A stretch of DNA of 54,265 bases from Chloroflexota bacterium (GTDB taxonomy: Bacteria > Chloroflexota > UBA6077 > JACCZL01): the NCBI GenBank assembly GCA_046154735.1, contig JBJXFJ010000108.1, positions 1 to 54,265 on the forward strand. The letters run 5' to 3'. This document shows positions 27,635 to 35,944 of this stretch, piece by piece (the stretch's first letter is position 1; the number at the start of each line of letters is the position of its first letter). The notes beneath the pieces are model-generated. The model saw nothing but the letters and a program-made list of their open reading frames with translations. It searched no databases and was not told the DNA's origin. The position numbers and the translations under genes were made by a program.

Positions 27635-28662
27635 GCTTCGTCCACCTCAGCCTCTCCGAAGAGCTGACGGCGTAACGATTCAAACGTCCAGGCCTTGTGC
27701 TCGAATACGTAGCGCAAGGGAATGGCCGTCACATCTGCCGCGCCGGCCTTTCGCAGGGCATCCACCGCCTTCTGAAGCAGGCTGTCATCCACCACTATGG
27801 TAGTGGCGAACCAGCCACTCTGACCGCCCACCTTGGAGTACACCGGAGCCACTGTGGGTCCCTGCAGCCCGGCCACTTCGCCGTGGCTCGTGACCATTTG
27901 GGCAATTGTCTCAGGACTATCGCCATGTATGTTCGCGGTGAGCGAGTAATAGCTCCGTGCCCGCAAATGAGCTTCAATGAGCTCCAAAATCTGGCGCGTA
28001 ACCTGTAATTTAGCGTCCGAATCACGAAGGGCAACGCGATTCGCAATCAAGCAGGCCTGCGAATCGAGAATCGTTCCACCATTCACTGATTTCAGGCGAT
28101 TTTCACGGAGGGTCACGCCGCTGGATGTGAGATCACAGATCATATCGGCGTAGCCCATGGCAGGCGCCGCTTCCATCGCGCCGCTGCTCTCGACGATCGA
28201 GAAATAGTTGATACCTCGGTCGAAGAGAAACTGACGGGTGAGATTGACATACTTGGTGGCAATTCGCAGCTCGCGCCCGCGCGAGCGCAGGTCGGCAGAA
28301 ATCTCCGCCAGATCGGCAATACCGCTTACGTCAATCCAGCCTTCCGGCACCGCCAGCACAAGTGAACAGTGGCCAAAGCCCAGTTTGGGATGCAACATGA
28401 TGACATTGTCGTCTTCCCGCTCATGTTCACGAACGATGTCATAGCCGGTAATACCGATGTCCACGCTGCCCTCGCTGACCTTTTCCACGATGTCAGGCGC
28501 GCGCTGGAACAGCACCTCCACGCCACGCAGCGAGCGGACCGTGGCACGATATTGCCGGGGGTTGCTCCGATTCACACCCAGTCCACATGATGAAAGAAAC
28601 GCGAGCGCGGCATCTTCCATGCCCTTGGAGGGAACGGCTAACCGTAGGCGTGCTTCGCTCAT
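27631..28662 (-). CDS. hisG: ATP phosphoribosyltransferase, long form with C-terminal regulatory domain
   Basis: LRLAVPSKG and DLTSSGVTLRENRL motifs, plus a HisG_C-like tail (YYSLTANIHG...TAIPLRYVFE). Length is 343 aa. Confidence 0.85.
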   Translation of the reverse strand: MSEARLRLAVPSKGMEDAALAFLSSCGLGVNRSNPRQYRATVRSLRGVEVLFQRAPDIVEKVSEGSVDIGITGYDIVREHEREDDNVIMLHPKLGFGHCSLVLAVPEGWIDVSGIADLAEISADLRSRGRELRIATKYVNLTRQFLFDRGINYFSIVESSGAMEAAPAMGYADMICDLTSSGVTLRENRLKSVNGGTILDSQACLIANRVALRDSDAKLQVTRQILELIEAHLRARSYYSLTANIHGDSPETIAQMVTSHGEVAGLQGPTVAPVYSKVGGQSGWFATTIVVDDSLLQKAVDALRKAGAADVTAIPLRYVFEHKAWTFESLRRQLFGEAEVDEA

Positions 28663-30194
28663 GAGACCAGTACCTGAGACGAGACAAGCGCCTGAAAGAG
28701 CTCGGCTGTCGGCACGAGCCGCTCCTCTCGCTTTTCCATGTCTCGGAGCAGCACGGAGGATTCTTCCCGCTCGCGCGCACCAATCAACACTACGTGCCGC
28801 AGTCCGGCTCTGTCCGCATGGCGCAGATTGCCTCTGACACCACGATAGCGCAGGTCAAGGTCAACGCTGAGCCCCTGTTCACGCAAGAGCTGCGCAACCC
28901 TGATGGCTTCCATCGTATCGGCTTGTTCCACCGGTGCCACGAGCAGAGGGACAACCCGCACGTTGGCTTCCCTCCCATGCTCCTGCTCTAGCGCCAGATC
29001 AACCCGCTCCAGCCCGAATGAGAACCCGCACGCTGGAATCTGGGAGCGGCCGCCGAGTGCGCGGATCAAGCCATCATAGCGTCCTCCACCACAGAGCTGA
29101 ACTGGCCCCTCTGGGCCATCGTGGTACATCTCAAAGACCATTCCGGTGTAATACCTGAGGCCGCGTGCCAGACTGAGGTCCACGACGATGTTGTGGCCGC
29201 TATAGCCATATGCATCGAAGACCTCAAGGGCCTTCTGGATTTCTTCGAGCGGAGCCGGATCCAGACCGTGCTCGTTGAAGATTTCTCGGGTGGTGGGCAG
29301 TGCTGATTCCAGAGGTCCCGCCGCCCGGTGAAGCGCGAGAACGCACTCCATGGCTCGATCCACCTGCCCAATGAGTTTTCTGCGCTCACCTTTTCGTAGC
29401 AGGCGTTGGACAATCTCCTCTGGGGTTCGGGTGCTGCCTTCCAGCCCGAAGCTCGCGCGCTCGAGGAGATCGATGGTCATGCGAGTAGCGTCACCGGGGC
29501 CTAGCTCTTCCAATAGGGTGGTTGGGGCAACACCCTGGTCATCCAATGGTGAAACGGCCGGTGCTCCCAGTAGATCCAGCATCCGCTCACGGATCGCCGT
29601 ATGATCGGTGGAGCGATGGATGAGCATTTCCATATGCCCCAGGATCACGGACTGAGCATGTTCCTCAAGTCCAAGTTGGGCGAGCGACTCGAGGACAGCG
29701 CCAAGGTGGCCCACAACGATTCGGTGTCCCGTAAGTCCGGTACGCTCAAGCGCTCCACAGGCGATTGCCAGAGTCTCCGCATCAGCCTCGGGAGCCGGGC
29801 CACCAACGCACTCAAGGCCCACTTCAGTGTACTGACGATACCGTCCACGCTGTGGCTTTTCATACCGGAAAGCGGGTCCGGCGTAGGATAGACGCACCGG
29901 CAGCGGTTGATCCTGCAGGTGGTTCACGTAGGCACGCATGACCGAGGCCGTGAACTCCGGCCGCAAGCACAGTCGACGATTCCAGTGCGTGAACGTGTAC
30001 ATTCGCGCGGCGATCTCTTCACCGGATTTACGGAGAAAGAGGTCAAGATTCTCGAGCACCGGAGTGACGATTAGCCGATAGCCGTAGCGTTCAAAGTGCT
30101 CCAGGAGCTGAACCTGGAGTGAGTCAAGCCGAGCGGCGCGATCCGGCAGTAAATCAAGCGTGCCGCGCACGCGCTGGATTTCAGAAATCTCCAT
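28659..30194 (-). CDS. histidyl-tRNA synthetase-like protein (HisS or HisZ-type paralogue) with anticodon-binding-like C-terminus
   Basis: MEISEIQRVRGTLDLLPD N-terminus, motif 2 FRYEKPQRGRYRQYTEVGLE, LARGLRYYTG, and motif 3 GGGRYDGL. The C-terminal alpha/beta domain is VRVVPLLVAP...HVVLIGARE. 4-nt overlap with hisG. Start ATG 30194 is chosen over the GTG at 30362, but the SD is weak. Confidence 0.75.
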   Translation of the reverse strand: MEISEIQRVRGTLDLLPDRAARLDSLQVQLLEHFERYGYRLIVTPVLENLDLFLRKSGEEIAARMYTFTHWNRRLCLRPEFTASVMRAYVNHLQDQPLPVRLSYAGPAFRYEKPQRGRYRQYTEVGLECVGGPAPEADAETLAIACGALERTGLTGHRIVVGHLGAVLESLAQLGLEEHAQSVILGHMEMLIHRSTDHTAIRERMLDLLGAPAVSPLDDQGVAPTTLLEELGPGDATRMTIDLLERASFGLEGSTRTPEEIVQRLLRKGERRKLIGQVDRAMECVLALHRAAGPLESALPTTREIFNEHGLDPAPLEEIQKALEVFDAYGYSGHNIVVDLSLARGLRYYTGMVFEMYHDGPEGPVQLCGGGRYDGLIRALGGRSQIPACGFSFGLERVDLALEQEHGREANVRVVPLLVAPVEQADTMEAIRVAQLLREQGLSVDLDLRYRGVRGNLRHADRAGLRHVVLIGAREREESSVLLRDMEKREERLVPTAELFQALVSSQVLVS

Positions 30195-30564
30195 CCGTAA
30201 TGTGGCCACCCTCTCCCGGTGAAAACGCTTTCGGATTCTAACACGGGCTGAATCGGTAGGTTGAAACACTGAATCACGATACCCAGAACGCAGCGACTGA
30301 GAATCCCGTCGGAATAGCTGAGCGCCCAATCTCTTCTTCCCTGAATCAGTGTCTGCTTCCACGCCATTCCTTGAAGGCGATCGGGTCTGTCACTGAGCTT
30401 GAGTCATTAGGCTGAATGCGGCACACTCAAGTCGTGAGAATCGAGGAGTCATCGCCACTCGTCTACCTGCTCATCCTGACCCTGGCCCTGGGGCTCATCG
30501 GAACAGTACTTATCATGTTCTGGTCCCAGCTCAGCAGCCTCATGCGAGGTCTTGGGGCGGCCTA

Positions 30565-31260
30565 GTGCAGGTGTTGCGGCACGTCTGGGCAACGGGCCTT
30601 GCCTCACTCTTTCCCTCGCGCTGCGTGGGCTGCGGACGGCGGGATACAGATCTTTGCGATGCCTGTCGATCGAACCTTCTGCGCTTACCCGACCGACGCT
30701 GTCCACACTGCGCGGCGCCCGCGGGGCGGCTCGGCGTGTGTGATCGATGCCGCACCCATCGAGTCTATCTCGACAGCATTCGAGTGGATCTCGCCTTTGA
30801 CGGCCCACTGCGTAAGGCGATTCATCTCTTGAAATATCGGCATGGGACGTATTTGATCCCAATGCTCAGAGACTTAGCCCTTGAGTCCATACGCGCCCGG
30901 CCGCTCCGACCAGATGCAATTGTTCCCGTCCCAATTGGACCACGCCGCTTGCGGGAACGCGGCTACAATCAATCCATACTCCTCGCGGAAGCGATCGGTA
31001 GCGCCCTCAACCTCCCTGTCATGGTAGCCCTGGACCGAGTGAAGGAAGGCCCCTCCCAAACTCGACTAAACGTCAGTGAACGGCGAGCAAATGTGCGCGA
31101 CGCATTTGCCGTACGGCGAGATCTTGATCCGGACGGGCTTCGCCTGCTGCTTATCGATGATGTCATGACCACGGGCGCTACGCTTGACGCGTGCGCTCGA
31201 GCGCTCAAGCGAGCCGGCGCGGCTCGGGTATTTGGCCTGGCGGTGGCACGTGAGGTCTAG
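30565..31260 (+). CDS. ComF-family phosphoribosyltransferase-like protein
   Basis: Cys-rich N-terminus (CVGCG..CDAC..CPHC..CDRC) and PRTase motif LLLIDDVMTTGAT. Confidence 0.8.
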   Translation: MQVLRHVWATGLASLFPSRCVGCGRRDTDLCDACRSNLLRLPDRRCPHCAAPAGRLGVCDRCRTHRVYLDSIRVDLAFDGPLRKAIHLLKYRHGTYLIPMLRDLALESIRARPLRPDAIVPVPIGPRRLRERGYNQSILLAEAIGSALNLPVMVALDRVKEGPSQTRLNVSERRANVRDAFAVRRDLDPDGLRLLLIDDVMTTGATLDACARALKRAGAARVFGLAVAREV

Positions 31261-31335
31261 CGGGACAGAGCCATTCGTGATTGCAACTTGGCCACGTAGG
31301 CACAATTTTTTCGCATCCACAAGCTGGGCAGATCC

Positions 31336-31995
31336 ATGACCAACCTGCAATTCTCCGTACTGATTGTTGACAACGATAACGAGCGGCGAGCCCATATTCG
31401 CAATCTCATCGATGCCACCGACGAGCTCCGGTGCATCGGAGATGCATCTCACGGACGTCAAGCCGCCGCGCTCGCTCAGCAGCTCAATCCGGATGTCGTC
31501 GTCATCACGCTACTTCCCTCGCTCGAGGACAACACTCACGCCCGAGGATTGATCCGCCACGCCGCCGAGAGCGCTTCAGTCCTGCTGATCGGCGATTCGA
31601 GTGATCTCGCCCTCGCAAGTCTATCTGTTACAGGGGAGCCTCTCAGGAGAATTGACGCATACGCCGTTGACACGCACCTGATTCTCAGCTTACGAGCGCT
31701 CGTCTTGCATTCACCACGATCCTCGCAGCACATCAGTCGGCGGGTGCTGACCCGAGTAGTCCAGGCTCAGTCCTCCACCCCATTGCCCCACCTCACTCCG
31801 CGACAACTTGCAGTACTTCGGCAGGCCGCACGCGGGCTCACAAACCGCGATATCGGGTCACTGCTCAACATTTCGCAAGCAACCGTGGACAAACACCTGG
31901 CGGATAGTTATGTCAAATTAAGCGTGTCATCACGCGATGAAGCCATCAAGTGTGCCAGGCAACTCGGGTGGCTGGATGACGAGCCCGCGGGCTGA
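31336..31995 (+). CDS. LuxR-family transcriptional regulator with degenerate (pseudo-)receiver domain
   Basis: C-terminal HTH LTPRQLAVLRQAARGLTNRDIGSLLNISQATVDKHLADSYVKL. The N-terminal receiver-like fold has the acceptor position replaced (PDVVVITLLPS instead of ...D..MP). Confidence 0.75.
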   Translation: MTNLQFSVLIVDNDNERRAHIRNLIDATDELRCIGDASHGRQAAALAQQLNPDVVVITLLPSLEDNTHARGLIRHAAESASVLLIGDSSDLALASLSVTGEPLRRIDAYAVDTHLILSLRALVLHSPRSSQHISRRVLTRVVQAQSSTPLPHLTPRQLAVLRQAARGLTNRDIGSLLNISQATVDKHLADSYVKLSVSSRDEAIKCARQLGWLDDEPAG

Positions 31996-32013
31996 CTGAT
32001 TCGGTGCGGAACG

Positions 32014-32979
32014 TCACAGGGGTGAACCGTTAGCCAACCCTTGTTGCAAGCGGGCGGTACGCCGAGCATGCCCCTCCTCCTGAAGCGTAAACCAGAGATA
32101 GAAGGCAAAATAGCTACGCCAACCTGTCCAGGCCTCGGCAATTGCGCGGACTTCATGTTCCGTCGCTAAACGTCCCATGCCATACTGCTGGCCTATGATC
32201 CGGCGTAGTCCGCCATCACCAGCCGGGATGACATCAGGCTGCCCCACGCCGCGCATGAGCACGTATTCAGCCGTCCAACGACCGACGCCCTTGAGCTGCT
32301 GGAGTCGTTCGAGGGCAGTCTCCGCCGGCATCGCGTAGAGCGCATTTAGATCAAGGCGACCCTCCACTACCTCGTGAGCAAGATTCAAAATGTAGCGCGA
32401 CTTCTGGCGGCTGAACTGGATTTCCGCCAACTCTGGTTCCGTGATCTCTAGCACCCGCTCCGGCGAGGGAAAGAGCATCCAGGATTCTCCATCGAGCGTG
32501 AAGCTATCACCAAAGCGCTCCACGAAGGCGCGCTTACACTTACCTGCAAAGCTCACATTGATTTGCTGTCCAATGATCGCCCAGACGATGGTCTCGAAGA
32601 GATCTGGGAACAGCACTGGCCTCAGGCCGCGAAATCGTGTGAGTAGGCCGCTCCCGAACTCATCCTTCCGCGCAATGGAATCCAGCAGCGGCCGAACATC
32701 CGTGCGAGCTCCGAACATGCGCTCCACAATGGGTCGGACGAGATTTTCCGGGTTGTTCGGCAGTTGCGTGCTCTGCAATGACACCAGGAGCGTATCGGCA
32801 CCATCAGCCGGCTGTGAAACGCTGAGGAGGGATGGTTGCCCATCGATCACGAGGGGTCGGTGATACGAGCGCTCGCCCAATCGCTCAACGATGGTCGCAG
32901 GCGAGCCACGCAGGTAGGCCAGCGGAAGATCGAAGCTGAATGGTGCGATCACTGAGATCAAACACTGGAACGTTTCCAT
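32014..32979 (-). CDS. alkA: DNA-3-methyladenine glycosylase II (AlkA-like, HhH-GPD)
   Basis: FETIVWAIIGQQINVSFA, helix-hairpin-helix LKGVGRWTAEYVLMRG and IPAGDGGL. Start set at ATG 32979, 1 nt after the TGA (32981-32983) of the upstream gene. Confidence 0.8.
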   Translation of the reverse strand: METFQCLISVIAPFSFDLPLAYLRGSPATIVERLGERSYHRPLVIDGQPSLLSVSQPADGADTLLVSLQSTQLPNNPENLVRPIVERMFGARTDVRPLLDSIARKDEFGSGLLTRFRGLRPVLFPDLFETIVWAIIGQQINVSFAGKCKRAFVERFGDSFTLDGESWMLFPSPERVLEITEPELAEIQFSRQKSRYILNLAHEVVEGRLDLNALYAMPAETALERLQQLKGVGRWTAEYVLMRGVGQPDVIPAGDGGLRRIIGQQYGMGRLATEHEVRAIAEAWTGWRSYFAFYLWFTLQEEGHARRTARLQQGLANGSPL

Positions 32980-32980
32980 G

Positions 32981-33715
32981 TCAGGCAGGACAGCAGAGCT
33001 TGCACGGGCGATAGCCAGACTCAATTGCTTGAGACGGAGAGGAGAATGTAACCGCGTTGTGCGGCTTCACCCGTCGTCCCGCGTAGCAGAATGGCAGACA
33101 GAAGATTCGAGTGGTGGTGCAGCCATTGAATCGCTTTCCCTGCCGCGCCCGCCGAGCAAGAGCGTCCACGTCAACACCCTCCAGCAACAGGATTGCTCGC
33201 TTCTTGGATGGACCACCAGCCCCGTAGTTCACCAGCGTGTAGTCCGTACGCACGGCCCGGTGACAGGGTACCAGCACCGGTATCGGATTGCTGGCCATGG
33301 CATCACCGACCGCGCGCGCGGCCAACGGCGCGCCGATGGCCCGTGCGATCCAGGAGTACGACCGAATCTCCCCTCGTCGTACGGTCATGACCTCACGCAA
33401 CGCGCGCTCCTGCAGAGGCGTCACGGATGAGAGATCCACGGTCCCCCGAAACCTCCCCCGTCTGTCCAACACGTCTCTCACGGCGCGGCCGAGCACTGCC
33501 GGCACTTCGCTGGAAGGTACCGGCCGCTCACCAATGCGCTCATAGCACTTCTGTTCAAAGTCTTCCGCACTCAAATCCAGATCACTGAAGCGCGCTGTCC
33601 GACCAGAGAAAGCGAGGCTGAGACGCCCGTAGTCCGAATCAAAGGCCGCGTATTCAAGCGGCTGCGCCGGTCCAGAGTCCGATGTGGCTCGCTGATTTAT
33701 CGAAACCGTAATCAA
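32981..33715 (-). CDS. methylated-DNA--protein-cysteine methyltransferase fused to a C-terminal Ada-type Cys4 zinc module
   Basis: MGMT DNA-binding/active-site domain (TPLQERALREVMTVRRGEIRSYSWIA...NPIPVLVPCHRAV). It is followed by TTRIFCLPFC...GYRPCKLCCP, the Ada N-terminal zinc-domain pattern. Confidence 0.75.
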   Translation of the reverse strand: MITVSINQRATSDSGPAQPLEYAAFDSDYGRLSLAFSGRTARFSDLDLSAEDFEQKCYERIGERPVPSSEVPAVLGRAVRDVLDRRGRFRGTVDLSSVTPLQERALREVMTVRRGEIRSYSWIARAIGAPLAARAVGDAMASNPIPVLVPCHRAVRTDYTLVNYGAGGPSKKRAILLLEGVDVDALARRARQGKRFNGCTTTRIFCLPFCYAGRRVKPHNAVTFSSPSQAIESGYRPCKLCCPA

Positions 33716-33784
33716 CCTCCATATGCCAGTTCCGTCCTTGCCGGAACGCTCATCGCTAGTTCGGTAATGAGAGCTGCACGCTGC

Positions 33785-34684
33785 TTAAGCCGCACTAGCC
33801 AGCGGCCGACAGTGTTTGCACGGCCGATATCCCGCGGCACTCGCAGCTCGCTCGTCGGAGAACATCACCTGGTGGATCAGTTGAATTCGGCGTGCGTCCC
33901 GGCAGGTGGGATAACAGTAAATTCGGGTCGTATCGGAGCCCAGGTAACGCACTTTGCGCCGCGCCAGCTCGTCAATTGCCTCAGTGGAAACACCCTCACG
34001 CTCGAGCAAGGTCCGTTTGATCCCACTTCCGTAGGCATAGTTACCAATACCGCCCGTGGAAGGCACGACCCGATGGCAGGGCAAGAGCAAGGGTACAGGG
34101 TTCCGATTCATGATGTTTCCCACGGCACGCACCGCGCGCGGGCTACCGGCTTCGGTTGCGAGCCACGCATACGGTCGCAGTTCACCTCGTGGAATCGTGC
34201 GCATCTTCTCAAGCACGACCCGTTCAAAAGTTGGCAACCCATCGAGATCGACTGGAACATCGCTCGACCACCGCCCCTCGGCTGCATCAACCACCGCTTG
34301 AGCAATTTGGGATGGTATCTCCCCAATGACCGCGTCTCGACCAAGCCGGCGGCGGTACGCCAGTTGAACTGTCTCGGCGTCTCCGGGATCGAGGGACACA
34401 AAGGTCACACCGCGTGCATTGAAGCCCACCCAGACCTGGCCGAGCGCCGTTGAGATCCGGCCAAGCTGATCACTCATGGCTGCGCTGATGCGACCAAGAA
34501 GGGATGGCGGCGCCGAAACCGCGAGTGCATGCAGCGCGGAGGTCACTTCTTTGAGACGCAGCAACGCGAGCGTGCATGCCTCGCAGCCATCGAGATGTGC
34601 ACGGACTTCGGCCTGGATTTTGGAGTCCAGTTCCGCCGTCCGATACGCGTCCAGCAGTCTCGCGGTTTGTTCACAACTCAGCAT
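33785..34684 (-). CDS. zinc-binding anti-sigma (ZAS, HxxxCxxC) domain fused to MGMT domain and Ada-type Cys4 zinc module
   Basis: ATG 34684 with GGAGG 6 nt upstream, overlapping the sigma-factor stop by 14 nt. The N-terminus is MLSCEQTARLLDAYRTAELD...AHLDGCEAC (H-x3-C-x2-C). The centre is TFERVVLEKMRTIPRGELRPYAWLA...NPVPLLLPCHRVV. The C-terminus is TTRIYCYPTC...GYRPCKHCRP. No TM helix is present. Confidence 0.7.
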   Translation of the reverse strand: MLSCEQTARLLDAYRTAELDSKIQAEVRAHLDGCEACTLALLRLKEVTSALHALAVSAPPSLLGRISAAMSDQLGRISTALGQVWVGFNARGVTFVSLDPGDAETVQLAYRRRLGRDAVIGEIPSQIAQAVVDAAEGRWSSDVPVDLDGLPTFERVVLEKMRTIPRGELRPYAWLATEAGSPRAVRAVGNIMNRNPVPLLLPCHRVVPSTGGIGNYAYGSGIKRTLLEREGVSTEAIDELARRKVRYLGSDTTRIYCYPTCRDARRIQLIHQVMFSDERAASAAGYRPCKHCRPLASAA

Positions 34685-35243
34685 GGGAGTCCTCCAAGAA
34701 TTCTTCACGTAGGCGGGCCAGACTTCGAAATACTTTCCCCCTCGCCGCCGATTCCGTTCCACCCCTGATGACGGCAATCTCGGCATAAGTCAGATCGCTG
34801 ATAAATCGCAGGGTCAACCACTCCCGCGTGATCTCATCCACTCTCCCAAATGCAGTTCGCATTCGATCGAGCTCACCGTCAACTACGGTTCGCTCCGGAT
34901 CGCTGAGATCGGCAACTTCCGGGACGTTCTCAAACGGTACGATCAGTAGCCGACTTTTTCGAGCACGAATACGGTTAAGTGCCAGATTTCGGGCGATCTT
35001 CAGTAGCCACGACCGAACGGCCAGGTCAACAACCTGCACTTCACTGTATTGCGTGCGCAGCGCGCGAATTGCGCGGACGAATGTGTCCTGTGCTACCTCC
35101 TCTGCATCCCGGGGATCGGACACTACCGCGAGGGCGTACGCATACACTCTGTTCTGGTGTGTCGTGACGAGCTCAGAAATGGCCGTGTCATCTCCATTTC
35201 GCACGCCAAGCAGGATTCTGACTGCCTTCGTCTCAGTAATCAC
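34671..35243 (-). CDS. ECF (group IV) sigma-70 family RNA polymerase sigma factor
   Basis: Region 2 (HQNRVYAYALAVVSDPRDAEEVAQDTFVRAIRAL) and region 4 (LTLRFISDLTYAEIAVIRGGTESAARGKVFRSLARLRE). Start set at GTG 35243 (GGAGG 4 nt upstream). The ORF-track ATG 35327 is the alternative. Confidence 0.8.
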   Translation of the reverse strand: MITETKAVRILLGVRNGDDTAISELVTTHQNRVYAYALAVVSDPRDAEEVAQDTFVRAIRALRTQYSEVQVVDLAVRSWLLKIARNLALNRIRARKSRLLIVPFENVPEVADLSDPERTVVDGELDRMRTAFGRVDEITREWLTLRFISDLTYAEIAVIRGGTESAARGKVFRSLARLREEFLEDSHAEL

Positions 35244-35306
35244 CTGTCCTCCCTGCGCGTGGTTTGCTACGCTCAATAAACACCAGAATGGCGCTCCGCG
35301 TTCGCG

Positions 35307-35924
35307 GTGACGTTCAGATTCATTCACCGGGATTTCACTGTGACCGATCAGACTTCAGACACGCCAATACTCAACATTACCGGGAGCCTCGCGGCGCTTG
35401 GTCCGATGCACCGCGAGCTGCTGCCCCTATATTCACGGTGGATGAACGATTTTGAGGTGACACGAACACTGGCCGTTGGATGGTTGGCGATGACCATGGA
35501 GCGAGAGGTGGAGTGGTATGAGCACGCTTCACGAGCCTCGAACCAGGTTACGTTCACGATCTACGCGTTACCCGAACTACGCCCGATAGGAAACGCCGGA
35601 TTGACCGAGATCGATGATCGGCATGGGACAGCGGAATTTGGAATCTTGATCGGGGAAAAGGACTATTGGGGTAGGGGCATTGGCACCGAAGTCACGCGGC
35701 TCGTCCTGGACTACGCGTTTCATGGTCTGGGACTGAACAATGTCATGCTGCGGGTATACGCGACCAACGAAGCCGGTATTCGCGCCTATTCACGGGCTGG
35801 ATTCAGGACCATCGGCCGCCGGCGGGAGTCTCGCCGTTGGGGAGCCGCGCGGGTCGACACAATACTTATGGACTGTCTCGCGACTGAATTTCAGGAGTCC
35901 GTCCTCGCAGGCCGTTTCCTGTAA
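35307..35924 (+). CDS. GNAT-family N-acetyltransferase (RimJ/RimL-like)
   Basis: LYSRWMNDFEV..., TEIDDRHGTAEFGILIGEKDYWGRGIGTEVTRLVLDYAF (acetyl-CoA motif), and NEAGIRAYSRAGF. The start is either GTG 35307 or GTG 35340. Confidence 0.8.
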   Translation: MTFRFIHRDFTVTDQTSDTPILNITGSLAALGPMHRELLPLYSRWMNDFEVTRTLAVGWLAMTMEREVEWYEHASRASNQVTFTIYALPELRPIGNAGLTEIDDRHGTAEFGILIGEKDYWGRGIGTEVTRLVLDYAFHGLGLNNVMLRVYATNEAGIRAYSRAGFRTIGRRRESRRWGAARVDTILMDCLATEFQESVLAGRFL

Positions 35925-35944
35925 TCCTGCCAGTGCCCGGTCAC

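Noticed and set aside
30195-30450. T-box (tRNA-His sensing) leader upstream of the hisS-like gene
   Set aside because: Only a weak resemblance (GAGAGGGTGGCCAC) to the T-box core AGGGTGGNACCGCG. I could find no stem-I/specifier-loop architecture, and no terminator or SD-sequestering helix. An Rfam cmscan would settle it.
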